The notes beneath the pieces were generated by a model. That model made no database searches. It was not told the origin of the DNA and worked only from the letters and a program-made list of their open reading frames with translations. From contig MU057403.1 of the NCBI GenBank assembly GCA_013265495.1, forward strand, positions 349,965-413,964: a DNA stretch of 64,000 nt, in the 5' to 3' direction. The position numbers and the translations under genes are program-made. The DNA comes from Vicugna vicugna. Lineage: Eukaryota. Below are positions 12,901 through 24,540 of the stretch, one piece after another (position 1 is the first letter of the stretch; each line of letters opens with the position of its first letter).

Positions 12901-13304
12901 CCGACCTCCAAAGGATGAACTTGAGGGCAGAGGCGACGAGTCAGGGGAACCCTCCAAGGTTTCACACACATTCCCATCATAGCCTTGCGGACGGACAGCA
13001 GCGCAGTGCGGACCTGGACGTGTAAGAAGGTTACGATGAAACTACACCATTCTTCTACCGGATAAAAACACCTTGGCTTCTCTCCTTGAGATGGAAAGGA
13101 ATCGCGAGACGCTGCCGGCCGGCTCCCGCCGCTCCCACCGCTCCCGCCACCGGCCGCTCCCGCTCCGCGGGCTCGGCTCCACCTCCCGCTCCCGCGGCCA
13201 CCGAGCCTCCGGGGACGCGGGGGCGGGGAGCGCGCGGGTCCGCGGCCAAGCATCGCGCCGGGTGGGGGCAGCGAGCCGCAGGGCGGGGCGGGAGGGTCGC
13301 TCTT
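9980..13304 (-). pseudogene. CSGALNACT1: Processed pseudogene of chondroitin sulfate N-acetylgalactosaminyltransferase 1; CDS remnant 12717 to 11152
   Basis: Translated fragments [37 protein letters not shown]..., ...[32 protein letters not shown]..., ...[10 protein letters not shown]...[21 protein letters not shown]..., ...[18 protein letters not shown] match CSGALNACT1 as I recall it. There are no introns. Lesions: frameshifts near 12595 and ~12410, TAG at 11769-11771, and a 5-bp duplication frameshift at 11259-11268. AATAAA on the minus strand at 10001-10006, polyT at 9978-9986, TSD aatcagtagactt at 9967-9979 and 13305-13317. Confidence 0.96.
12100..13300. promoter_or_regulatory. CpG island carried by the retrocopy, with GC box
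   Basis: Very high GC and CpG density by eye compared with AT-rich flanks; GGGCGGGGCG at 13281-13290. Confidence 0.65.
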
Positions 13305-13661
13305 AATCAGTAGACTTAGAGTAAAGCAAATTACCCTCCATAACGTGGGTGAGCCTCATCTAATCAGTTGAAGGCCTTAAGAGGAAAAAGACTGAGGTTT
13401 CTTGGGGAAGAGAGAATTCTATCTCTAAATTGTCTTTGGACTAAAGTTGCAACATCAACTTTTCCTTGGGTTTTCAGCCTGCTGGTCTGCCTACTCTATA
13501 GGATTTGGACTTACTAGACCCCACAATCATGTGAGCCAATCCCTTAAAATAAATCTGTCTGTCTCTCTGTTCCTCTCTTTCTCTCTCCCCTTCTCTCTCC
13601 ACACCCACAATGCACACAGAGCCTATTGGTCCTGTTTCTTTGGAGACCCCTGCTTAATACA
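13305..13661 (+). mobile_element. MLT2 LTR, 3' part
   Basis: Resumes exactly after the TSD ('gagtaaagcaaattaccctccataacgtgggt..cctcatctaatcagttgaaggcct'), ends 'ccctgcttaataca', followed by gcctc (5-bp TSD partner of gtctc, 1 mismatch). Confidence 0.88.
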
Positions 13662-13924
13662 GCCTCTTAGTGGAAAAGAGTCATGATATATGTCATCCTA
13701 AATGGTGACTCATTGAAGTAGTTGGTGTTTACTTTGAAAAGCATTATCTACTCTTCCCACCCTGGTGTATTATCCTAATGATAAGGAACACTGTAAATAA
13801 TAACATTGATGGTGCTAGCGACAATGGGAGAGGTCCCAGTCAGAGTTCTCCCATCGGGTCTTTATTCTCCGCCACGTGTTGTTCTAGGAATTTCCCATCT
13901 TCTAGGAATTTTCCTCTTTGAATG

Positions 13925-14085
13925 CACACTTAACAACCCTGTGAAGTGAACATGACTGTTTCCATTTTACACTTGAGAAAACTATGGCACAGAGAGTTTA
14001 TGCAGCTTGCTCAAGGTCCACAGCTAGGAAGTGGCAGAGCCAGAGTGCCCATCTTGAGGTCCTGCTCCAGATCCCCTGCTCTTAG
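13925..14085 (-). mobile_element. MIR SINE relic
   Basis: 'aacaaccctgtgaagt...ccattttacacttgagaaaactatggcacagagag...cttgctcaaggtcc' is the MIR core. Confidence 0.7.
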
Positions 14086-14319
14086 GCTATGACCTCTCAA
14101 GAGCATCTGCACATGGCATGGATCCCAAAGTTTTTCAGTGATACCTGCTGGGCAGCTACCAGTCTCCTGTGCTCAGCTTGGTGTCTTGGTACACATCCAT
14201 CTAAGTCAGGTCTATTTGAGCTCCTACCCACCTCTCCAGGGGCCCAGGGCAAAAGCAGCACCACACACCTGCCCTGTCCAGCTCCTCCTCTTCCGTCCCC
14301 TTGGAAAGCTGTTTCTATA

Positions 14320-14570
14320 CTGATGGATAGATGTCATCATACTTTTGTCCAAGCCCATAGAATGTGAAACACCAAGAGTGAACCCTGATGTAAACTATAA
14401 ATCTTGGGTTGGGTGATGATGCTGTATCAGTGCAGGTTCACTGTGGTGGGGGATGTTGATGATGCAGGAGGGTGTGTGTGGGGCGGGGCAGGGAGTATAG
14501 GGAACTCTCTGTACCTTTTTCTCAATTTTGCTGTGAATCTAAAACTGCTCTAAAAAAAATCAAGTCTTTA
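14320..14570 (+). mobile_element. L1M 3' end fragment
   Basis: 'aagagtgaaccctgatgtaaactata...gggaactctctgtacc...ctcaattttgctgtgaatctaaaactgctctaaaaaaa'. Confidence 0.75.
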
Positions 14571-15414
14571 ATGACTTAGCACATGAATGCAAATAATGTA
14601 ACTACATTCATAAGAGGCCCCACAGTGACACACCATAAAGGGAAAGGGATCTCTCTCATTTTAAGAAAATTATGTCCTGAGGAAGATCTGGGTCACCCAT
14701 GGACTCATGTGAACAATGACTGTGGCATGTGGTCTTTAAAGAGCTCTCTGGCAACCACAAAAGCAATGGCGAAGAAGTAGGGATGGATCAGATCCATAGT
14801 TTTTCTCCCCCTGCTACTTGGAAGCCAGACTGGCCTCTTGAGAACAAAGAAACTTCCAGAATTCTTCCACAATTCTGGGCAAGAGAGTATTTGAGTAATT
14901 ACTTTGAAAATTACAGACACCTTTATTTATATCTGAAGGTCACAAGATCGTCATGCTACTAAAAATCTTCTTTGGATGGGTATAATTAATTTGAATTCTA
15001 TGAGTATGTATAGACTTGGAAGTGGTACCCAGATTGGGGAATAAAGGCGGACTCCAATCTAGGATTTAAAATATACTTAAGACTTGTTTTACAAGTAATT
15101 TTGTATTAGCCATCATTTAAAAATGTTGCAAACCATTTTCCAGTCCTTTGTAGCAGTACCAATAATCCAAAATTAATTCACATTCTCCTCTGCAACTTCC
15201 AGAAACAGGTGCAGAAATTCAAACCATAACAGATGCTTTCCAAAGTGACAGTGAGTCATATCAGCAGTGCAACAATCAGGAGAGGCAGGCTGAAAAAATG
15301 CATGGTCACTCCTCTGATGGACTGCAGATCTGATCGAGTTGAAGCTTGTCCTCCAAAGGACCTTCTTCTCTTCAAGTTTATTTTAAAGAGTACGAAAAAA
15401 GCTCATCTATTTTT

Positions 15415-15833
15415 AAAATTTTGTTTTCTATTGAAGTGTAGTTGATTTATAATGTTAGTGTCAGGTGTACAGCAAAGCAATTCAGCTATAAACATACATA
15501 TCTATTTTTTTCAGATTCTTTTCTATTACATGTTATTACAAGAAATTGTATATAGTTTCCTGTGCTATACAGTAGGTCCTTGTTGTTTATCTGTTTTATA
15601 TATAGTAATGTGCATCTGTTCATCCCAAACTCCTAATTTATCCCTCCCTAACCCTTTCCCCTTTGGGTAATCATAGTTTGTTTTCTATGCCCATGAGTCT
15701 AGTTTTGGTTTGTAAATAAGATTTGTATCATTTTTTTTAGATTCCACACATAAATGGTATCATATGATATTTGTCTTTCTTTGTCTGACTTACTTCACTT
15801 AATATGAAAGCTATGGTTACCAAGGGGGAAGGG
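15415..15833 (-). mobile_element. 5'-truncated L1 3' end (artiodactyl-type)
   Basis: 'ttgaagtgtagttgatttataatg...tcaggtgtacagcaaag...ctgtgctatacagtaggtccttgttg...tctgacttacttcactta'. Confidence 0.85.
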
Positions 15834-16019
15834 TTTATTTATTTATCATACAATAGCAAGACATAAACATTTTCTAAGATAATTTAAAACACTTAATGAA
15901 CATATGATTGACTGTTATGTTCCATTGGATAGATATGCCATAATTTACTTAGCCATCTCCATTGCTGAACATTCTGTTTCCAAATTGCTACTATTATACA
16001 TATTGTTATGATGAATATC

Positions 16020-17740
16020 TTTTTTATTGAGATATAGCTGACATATATCATTATGTCATAATATATAATTATATCATAATTTCAGGTGTACAACAAAAGG
16101 ATTCAATATTTATATATACTGTGAAATAGCCTCTTCACTTATAGTAACTAGTTAACATCTAACACCATACATATTTACAAAAGTTTATTTTCTTGTGATA
16201 AGAACTTTTAACATCTTCTCTTAGCAACTTTAAAATATGCAATACACTAGTATGGACTATCATCACCGTGCTATACATTACATCCCCAGGAACGACTTAT
16301 TTAACTAGAGGTTTATACCTTTTGACCATAAGCTCAGATTTTGTTTGTTGGTTTGTTTTTTAGATTATACATATAAGTGAGATCATATGGTATATGTCTT
16401 TTCCTTTCTGACTTATTTCACTTAGCATAATGCACTCAGGGTCAATCCATGTTGTCCACAAATGGCAAGATTTACTTATTTTTTATGGCTGAATAATGTT
16501 CCATTGCAGTGCGCACGCACACACACGCACACACACGCATACCACATTTCTTTATCCATTTATGCACTGATGGACACTTAGGTTGCTTCCAGATCTTGGC
16601 TGTTGTAAATAATGCTGCAGTGAACATGGGGGTGCATGTGTCTTTTTGCGTTAGTGTTTTTTGTTTTCCTTGGATGAATACCCAGAAATGGGATTGCTGG
16701 ATGATATGGTAGTTCTATTTTTAATTTTTTGAGGACCTTCCATATGGTTTTCCATTGTGGCTACTCCAAATTACATTCCCACCAACAGTGCACAAAGGTT
16801 TCCTTTTCTTCACATCTTCTCGAACACCTGTTATTTCTTGTTTTTCAATATTTAAATAATAACCATTCTAATAAGTGTGAGGTGATATCTCCTTGTGATT
16901 TTGATTTGCATTTCCCTGATGATTACTGGTATTGAACATCTTTTCATGTACCTGATGACCATTTGTATGTCCTCTTTGGAAAAAGCCTATTCAATTCTTC
17001 TGTCCATGTTTTTTAATTGATTGTTTTTTGTTAGTAAGTCGTATGAGTTGCTTATTTATTTCAGATATTAGCCCCTTATCAGATATGTGATTTACAAATA
17101 TCTCCTCCGATTTGGTAGGTTGCTTTTTTATTTTGTTGATGGCTTCCTTTGCTGTGTAGAAGCTTCTTATTTTGACATAGTCCCACTTTATTTTTTCTTT
17201 GTTGCCCTGGCTTTTGGTGTCCAATTAAAAAAAAAACCTATTGCCAAAAAGATGTCAAGAAATTTACCACCTATGTTTCTTTCCAGGAGTTTTATGGTTT
17301 CAGACCTTATGTTAAAGTATTTCATTCATTTTGAGTTGGTTTTTGTGTATGGTGTAAGATAGCAGTCCAGTTTCATCCCTTTGAGTGTGGCTGTCCAGTT
17401 CTCCCAACACCATTTGTTGAAGAGACTGTCCTTCCCCATTGTATATTCTTGGCTCCCTTGGCATAAATTAATTGACTATGTATGTGTGGGATTATTTCTT
17501 GGTTCTCTATTCTGTTCTATTGATCTATGTGTCTATGTGTTTTTCGAATGCTGATAGCATACTGTTTTGATTACTATAGCTTTGTAATATAGTTTGAAGT
17601 CAGGGAGGATGGTGCCTCCAGCTGTATCCTTCTTTCTCAATATTATTTTGGCCATTTGGGGTTTTTTTGTGATTCCCTTCAAATTTTAGGATTACTTCTT
17701 CTTTTTCTGTGAAAAAGCCATTGAAATTTTGATATGTTTT
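16020..17740 (-). mobile_element. L1 (ORF2 C-terminal region and 3' UTR)
   Basis: Minus-strand ORF 16991-17224 '[44 protein letters not shown]' is a degenerate L1 ORF2 segment; standard L1 3' UTR motifs follow. Confidence 0.92.
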
Positions 17741-18997
17741 TGTTATGTTTTGATTCCTTAGACTAAGATATTCTCACAAGAACAGTCATACTCTGGAAAC
17801 AGTAAGGATGAAAAGTTAAAGAATTAAGAACAAATAAGGTTGTCATTACTTTGTTTTTTCTCATCCAATTATAATACGTACTTCAGTGTCTTTTCTGAAC
17901 AGGTGTTTCTACCTGATGGATTCATTTACCAGTACACAAAGAAAGGAAAAGGAAAATTATGAAAACCCTTAAAGAAATACTAGAAATTAAACATATGCTT
18001 TTGATAGTTTAGTAATGGAAATATCTGGAAATCATGAGCAATTTAATAGGCTAATATTTAAATATCTATACTATAATAAATACCAAGTACATACACAATT
18101 AAGTTGGTTTATCAAGAAGCTGATCTAGGTACAAAAATTAGGAGGTAATAATGCCAGTCCAAACTTTAAAAAAAAATTTATACAGACTATTTTAACTAGA
18201 GTTACTTAATATGCAATTTCTTTCTATCACTTTTGAAGATTTCTGTCATGAAAATACTGATTCTTTTGTCTGATGTTTTGAAATAGCAGACTTCTCAGTT
18301 ATTATATTTTATCTCATTACTGAATGAAATTTATGTCCTCATAAGACACAGTTTTTATTATCTTAGCAGTGTCTAGGGAACTTTGATGCGTTAATTTGTT
18401 TATCACTTGATTGCCTATAGAATGTTGTAGCATAAGGAAGGGAGAAGACAGGGCTTTCTGACTGCAAAGCTTCTGATACATTTCATTTGTAGTTATCCTT
18501 TCTGTGGAAGAATTCTCTTCAGTTTTGAGATAAGGTTGCTGTTTGTTTAGCTCCTAACTTGGCAAGATCATGGCCTGGGAGTTCTTTTTCACAAGGAAGG
18601 TCTGTGGATTCAACATTAGCATTAATCAATGTATTTGTTACTTTGCCTTCCTCCAGGAAATTAGTTTCCTGGAATATGTTGGGGACCATTTTCCACTTCT
18701 TTTCCCAGCATTCTTGGAAATCTGTCTACCTGTCTGTTTGTCTATCATCTGTCTATCTGTCAGTAGATTGGCATATTCATCCAATTCTCTCACAACTGTT
18801 TCTGTGTTGTATCACTTAGGTTTCTGGGGTTCCACGAATGGCCTGAGGTTACAAGTGTCAGGAAAATCTCTCAGCTCAGTCCCAGTGTGTCTGCCCTTTC
18901 TTCATCCTGCCAGAACTGGCATCAGCTTTGTTGTTGCTTATATTGTAATAGCTGTTCTGCCCTCCTTCCAGAAACCTGCTTGTTAATACAAAAAATG

Positions 18998-19090
18998 TGA
19001 GAGTGGGGTTGCAACTCAGGGGTAGAGCGCATGCTTAGCATGCACAAGGTCCTGGGTTCAATCCCCAGTACCTCCACTAAGACAAAAAAA
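18998..19090 (+). mobile_element. Vic-1-like tRNA SINE
   Basis: 'gcaactcaggggtagagcgcatgcttagcatgcacaaggtcctgggttcaatccccagtacctcc' plus A tail; TSD aatacaaaaaatg at 18985-18997 and 19089-19101. Confidence 0.92.
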
Positions 19091-19174
19091 TACAAAAAAT
19101 GCTCACATATCTAGTTTACTCACCAGTCAAGGCATATATGTTGCCAGACTATCTCTTCATTGTCATGGGGGACA

Positions 19175-19645
19175 GAGAATCTGTTTCAGTTATCTACCTA
19201 TTACTCAAAACTACCTTAAAACAACAACCACTTATTATGTGTCATGATTCTATGGGTTCTCTGAGCTCAGTTGGGGTGTCCTTCTGCCCTAGCTGGTGTT
19301 AGCTGCGTTCACTCATGTGGCCGCATTCAGCTGGGATCTCTGTTGGGACTAGAATCTGTAAAATGGCTCCTTTCACACCTCCAGTATCTTAGCTGGTGAC
19401 AAATGTCTGGGGCTGGCTGGCTTCTCTTTCCCTAATGGGTCTTTCATTGTGTTTATGACAGGCTAGCCTGAACTTCTTTACGTGGTGGCTGGCTTTTAAG
19501 AAGGATGATAGTGGAAGCTACAAGATCTTTTAAAGCTTTGACTTTTCTCTTGGTCAAAGCAAGCCATTAGGCAGCCCAGATTCAAGAGGCAGGGGAATAT
19601 AGGCTACCTCTTGATCGAAGGGATGGCCTCCATGTGCACGGATGG
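19175..19645 (-). mobile_element. MLT1 (MaLR) LTR
   Basis: 'ccttaaaacaacaaccactt...ttggtcaaagcaagcc..aggcagcccagattcaag...cctcttgat' is reverse MLT1-like. Confidence 0.7.
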
Positions 19646-20411
19646 GAGGAATTGTTGGCGGCCATCTTAAGAAATGATGCACATAGCACGTTATCACTTT
19701 CACTGGTGATCAACACCATGCTTTACCTCCTCTCCCAATTATTTAGCCTGACTTGGGCAGATTTTCTTTCCATTTTCATCGGTTCTTCAATGTACCAATG
19801 CCAATCCTTTCTAAATAATATGCCTCTTTACACATATTCCACAAGGCAGAGCAGAACCACCCGGTACAACAGTATCTCTTATGCTAACAGCGTTGGTAGT
19901 ACCCTTTGTAACAATTTCAAATAGTACCTTTTGTCCTTAAAAGTCAAATTAATTATTTGAAAACAAAACTTTGCAAACATCTCAAGGTAATATCTATTTT
20001 CCAAATGTCAACGAGTACCAGAAAAAAACTGGTATGACTGTTCAAGTGTTCTTGTCATATAATCCTCCTCTTGTCATTTTGCAAGAGGCACATGTAGTAG
20101 GAAGTTAGAGCTGGCCACTTGCAAAATCAGCCTCCTTTTCCTGGAATTTTAATGGGTGGGAAATCTAAGAAACTTACAGTTGTACTATTGGAGCTGCCAC
20201 TTGAAGCTTGCTGGCTTGTCCTTGGGGAGACCTGCCAAGCATTTCTGTCTCATTATCTCCCAGAGTTTCTCCCAATGGAAAAGGATCATGGATCTTAACA
20301 ATTTACCCTTTTTCCCCACCCCTACTCCTTAGAGAGTCCTTGAATTAAAAACAAGCATGAGATGAGTCTTTGGCTAAAAAGTGTTTCTTTCTGTTTCATC
20401 ATCCTCTCTTC

Positions 20412-20451
20412 TTTGTTTTTGTTTTTGTTTTTGTTTTTGTTTTTGTTTTTG
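20412..20451. repeat. (TTTTTG)n microsatellite
   Basis: About 6 perfect hexamer units. Confidence 0.9.
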
Positions 20452-22119
20452 ATTCTATTAAAAGATTGCCCTAGAGCCAAGAGAATTTTTGGACAGTGGT
20501 TTAGGGATTAATTAAAAAGTCACAGTTTCTGTATCTTTCGTACTAAATGAAATGAAAAGTATTTGCTGTTTGCCCTTTTCTCAGCAGGGAAATCATTGCT
20601 CAGATGGCCGAAAGCTATGTCCTTTCACCTCATTTTACAGATATTTTCAAGCCTCTTTTTCCTCTAAGGAACAGTTTAAGAAGCAAAGAAATTTGCATAC
20701 TTAATTTGTCATGTTATAACTGTAAAATAGAACCATCTAAAAACTGGGGTTTTCATCCTCACATTACTGTCACTTCATTCCACATGACTTACTAGTCTCA
20801 TCCACTGGATGGGACGGATGCTGGGGAAAGTCCATGTCGGGGCAGAGGACAGACTATCAACAAAGCGCCAGGGAAGCTATAAGTTGGGGGATCTGGAAAG
20901 AGTGTTAGATGGCCCAAAAGGCTAGCAGCCTTGGTGAGGGAGAGCACTGACACAGTTAATATTTGGAGCCTTAATTGTGGGTCCTTAGAGTTAGGAAAGT
21001 CTATCATAAATAGTAAGACCTCCAGACACTTCTTTTAAGAATTTTCCAAGCAGGTGATTAGCAGAAGCAAGGCAGGACCTTAGTCCAAGAAAAGCTTATA
21101 TTGTAGGCAGATATTCTAACTTGGAAATGAGATAAAGACCATTGATCAGACATGGAACACAGACATTAGGACGCTGTCGCCGGTGGAGCTAGTGCTCTTC
21201 AGAGTGCTTCTAAGTAAGATGCCTGCCGTGGTGTCTTTGCATCGTCTATGGGGAGATGAGGACTTCACGGATTAGAAACCAGGCAAGCCTCACCAGTCAC
21301 TTTGTCTTATCTCTTGCACCAGCTGTGACAAGGTAGATGAGAAACTAGGGATTGTTTTAATCCAATGGGATTTTATGAATGAAAGCCTTTCTTACTTGGG
21401 ATCCATATAGCCCAACATTCCAGGTGGGATTTCATCTCTAGAAAAAACATTTTAAATAGTTTAGGTACAAATATTCCTTTGTAGGGTCTTTGACTGTACA
21501 TGATGAGATGTAGTATGTGACAGTAGTGGATAGGGGATGACAGTGACAAGCCTAGATCTTGGAGAGAGTTTGGAAGAGTAGAGGAAGAGGAAATAAACCT
21601 CACTTACTTCAGAGTTGCGGTGAAGGTTGGGATAGACATGGATCACTGTATTATCCATATCCCATATTTGCTAGACAGTAACCATCATTTCCTGAATTAA
21701 CTATTATTTACAGAATACAGGTCCTTACAGTTCTGTTACCTTTGACTTAGCTGAGAAGGCAAGAATTAAATCAATTGCACAATCTGATTTCTCACCAAGA
21801 TAAATTTTAGAATTTGATAGACTGCTATGGGAAGAATTGCTTCTTTTAACAGCATTAAAAAAAAATCCCTCTCAGGTCAGGAAAATGAGGTTGTAATTTC
21901 ACTGCAACTTTATGTTTTTTGTCCTCGAGCCTGTAATCACTTCAAGTCAACAAGTATATATTAGGCATCTCTTATATACTAAATATTTTGAGCAAAGCAA
22001 AATAAGTTGAAGAGTTAGCCCTTGATAAGTCCCATTCACTGAGGGTTTATTTTGTCAAACATCAAGCTTGTTGCCTTATGTACACGTCTCATTTGAGCCT
22101 CATAATAATCCTTTGATGT

Positions 22120-24540
22120 ATTGATCCAGTCACTATTGCTGTGCAGCAAATAATCCCAAAACTTGGCAGCTTGAAACAACCATTTTATTATGCTGACAGA
22201 TTCTCGGTCAAGAATTTAGACAGAGCACAGAGGAAATGGTTTGCCTATGATTCATGAAGTCTCAGGTCTCAGCAGCGACAACATAAAAGCTGGGGCTAGA
22301 ATCCTCTGGAAATGCCCTTACTCGCGTATCTGGCAGTTGATGTTCGCTGCCAGTTGGGGCTGTTGACAGGGAAACCTACACCTGGCCCTGCAGTGTCGCC
22401 TGGCTTTCTTCCTAGCATGGGTGGTCTCAGGACCTCTAAACGTGAGTGTCCTAGCTAACAAGGAGGAAGCTGCATTGACTTTCATGAATAGCCTCAGACG
22501 TCATTCTGTGTTATTTCAAGTGCATCCTGTTGATTACCAGTGAATTGCAAGTCTGCTCAGTACTCACAGGGAGGGTACATAGACTGCACCTCTTCAAGAG
22601 AGGGTATCAAAGCCACAGTTCACTGTCATGCAGAAATAGGGTCACCAGGCTTAAGCTTGAGGAGTACTGCCTCATAAGAATCAAGTCTATGTGTTGATAA
22701 GGCTCCTTGGGTACAATTTCTCAGGCACGGCTCTTAAGAATGGGTCTTCTTTATGTGACAACCCAAGGACTAAAGAAACAATCTATCCTACACACACCAA
22801 TGTACCATCACCCAGTGGCAGGATGGCATCGGGTAATACATTCTGGTTCAAAACAGTAGAGAATGAAAGGCACACAGCAGCCACTGGTCCCTAGCAATTT
22901 TGAAATCCAGTCATGCATGAGCTGCCAAACCCTTGATTAGGGCTCAGTTCTGTTTCTTGGGAATTTTTCTTGTGGTGCTTGACTTTTTCTTCGGAGCTCT
23001 TGGCTCCACCTTTTGAGTCATTCTTCATTTTCTGTAATAATTGGCCCATGTTTATACCTGAGTAAACTTTTCATCCTACCCAAAGTAGTTTGGGGGTTCA
23101 GTCCCAAGGCTACTCTTCATTTTGTACTGTTTCTTTTGATCCCTTAGTACAAGCTGACATGGTTTTATCAATATAATTTCCTTAAAACCTTGTGGGTTTT
23201 CTCTGAATCTTATTAGGTTTCACTACAGTCAACAAAAGCCACAACCACAGATGTCTTTAAGACGAGCTGCTCTTTATCCCGAGGAACGTGAGAGGCTGCT
23301 GAGTGACAAGATTCTTAAGATTACTCAAAGTCCTCTAAGAGAGGTCTATGAGATATGCCTTAGGAGTTCTTTTGTATGTCTGAAAGATTCCATATGACAT
23401 AGCCTTAGATCTCCATAAGGCTTTAACAAATGATTCCCCTTTAGGTTTGGTCTTTGCCCTAGAAATACTCTTAATTTGGAAGTCATTTGGAGATGCCAGA
23501 AATGTGGAACAGTTTTAGTTTTGAGCCCAGCAACTTCCAGCTCCTGTGTCTTTCCTCTAAATTTCACTTGACACTAAACAGTTTGCCTTTTAGTGTGTCT
23601 CTCTCCTCTTGCATCTTATCATAGGCAGCAAGAAGCAGCCAGGTAGCCTTTTTAATATTTGGCAAAAAATCTGCTTAGCTAAATCATCAAATTCCTTAGG
23701 ATTATTTCCAATTTTTCACATTACCACATTTGACATTTTGGCTAAAAAGATCCAGTTTGCACCACTGGGTAATAAGATTTTGCTTTCTTCTAGCTTCGTA
23801 TACCATTTTCCTAGCTTTTCTTCAAGTTCCCACTAACAGCCTCCTCTAGCCTTGCCAGGCTGCTAACAGTCTCCTTAAGATCCATTCAGCTGCTTCTTAA
23901 GAGTGGTCTCAAAGTCAATGTCTCATGCTTTTGGGGTTATGATATAGTAGCACTCTACTTCTAGGTACCAAATTTCTCTTCCAGTTATTATGGCTGCATA
24001 GTCATTTGCTCTCCAAATGAGCAGCTTAAAACAAGTGTTTTTCTAGACTCCTGTATTGTATGGCGCAGGAAGTTGGTCAAGGCCAACAGAAATGTCTTGT
24101 CTCCACTCTGTGATGGCTGGATCCATGAGCAGGCAATGACTTGGCAGTTGACGGCTGGAATCATCTGGAAGTATCTTCATTCACATGTCTAGCAGCTGAG
24201 GGTGGCTGTTGGCCAGGACCGCAGCTGGGCTGCCTACTGAAATGTGTGAAATATGGCCTCTTTATGTGACTTGGGCGTCCTCACAGCATGGTGGCCTCAC
24301 AGTAGTAGGACTTCTTAAAGAGTAGCTCAGAGCTCCAAAAGTGAGCACCTCCGTGAACAAAGCAGAAACGACACAACCTGATTGGCCTAATCTCAGAAAT
24401 CGCCCAGGATCCTTTCTCCTGTATTCTACTGGTTACAGACAAAGTCAGAAACGTACCTCCCTTCAAGAGGAGGGCACGTGGAATCCGCCTCTGAATGGAA
24501 GGGTTGTCAAAGAATTTGTGAACATATTTAGAAACTGTAA
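22120..24540 (-). mobile_element. MaLR element: MLT1 LTR, internal region, MLT1 LTR
   Basis: Two similar LTRs (~22120-22640 and ~23960-24540) share 'gcagctt(g)aaacaa', 'gaatc(c/a)tctggaa' and 'tagcatgg/cagcatgg' motifs and bracket an internal region. Confidence 0.65.

Noticed and set aside
11009..13313. Long plus-strand and alternate-frame ORFs (for example 11871..12536, 221 aa)
   Set aside because: Shadow ORFs of a GC-rich coding-derived sequence that is poor in stop codons.
14583..15385. Unique sequence with protein-like short frames (for example ETGAEIQTITDAFQSDSESY after a pyrimidine-rich AG)
   Set aside because: No recognisable homology, frequent stops and no linked exon; cannot be supported without tBLASTx.
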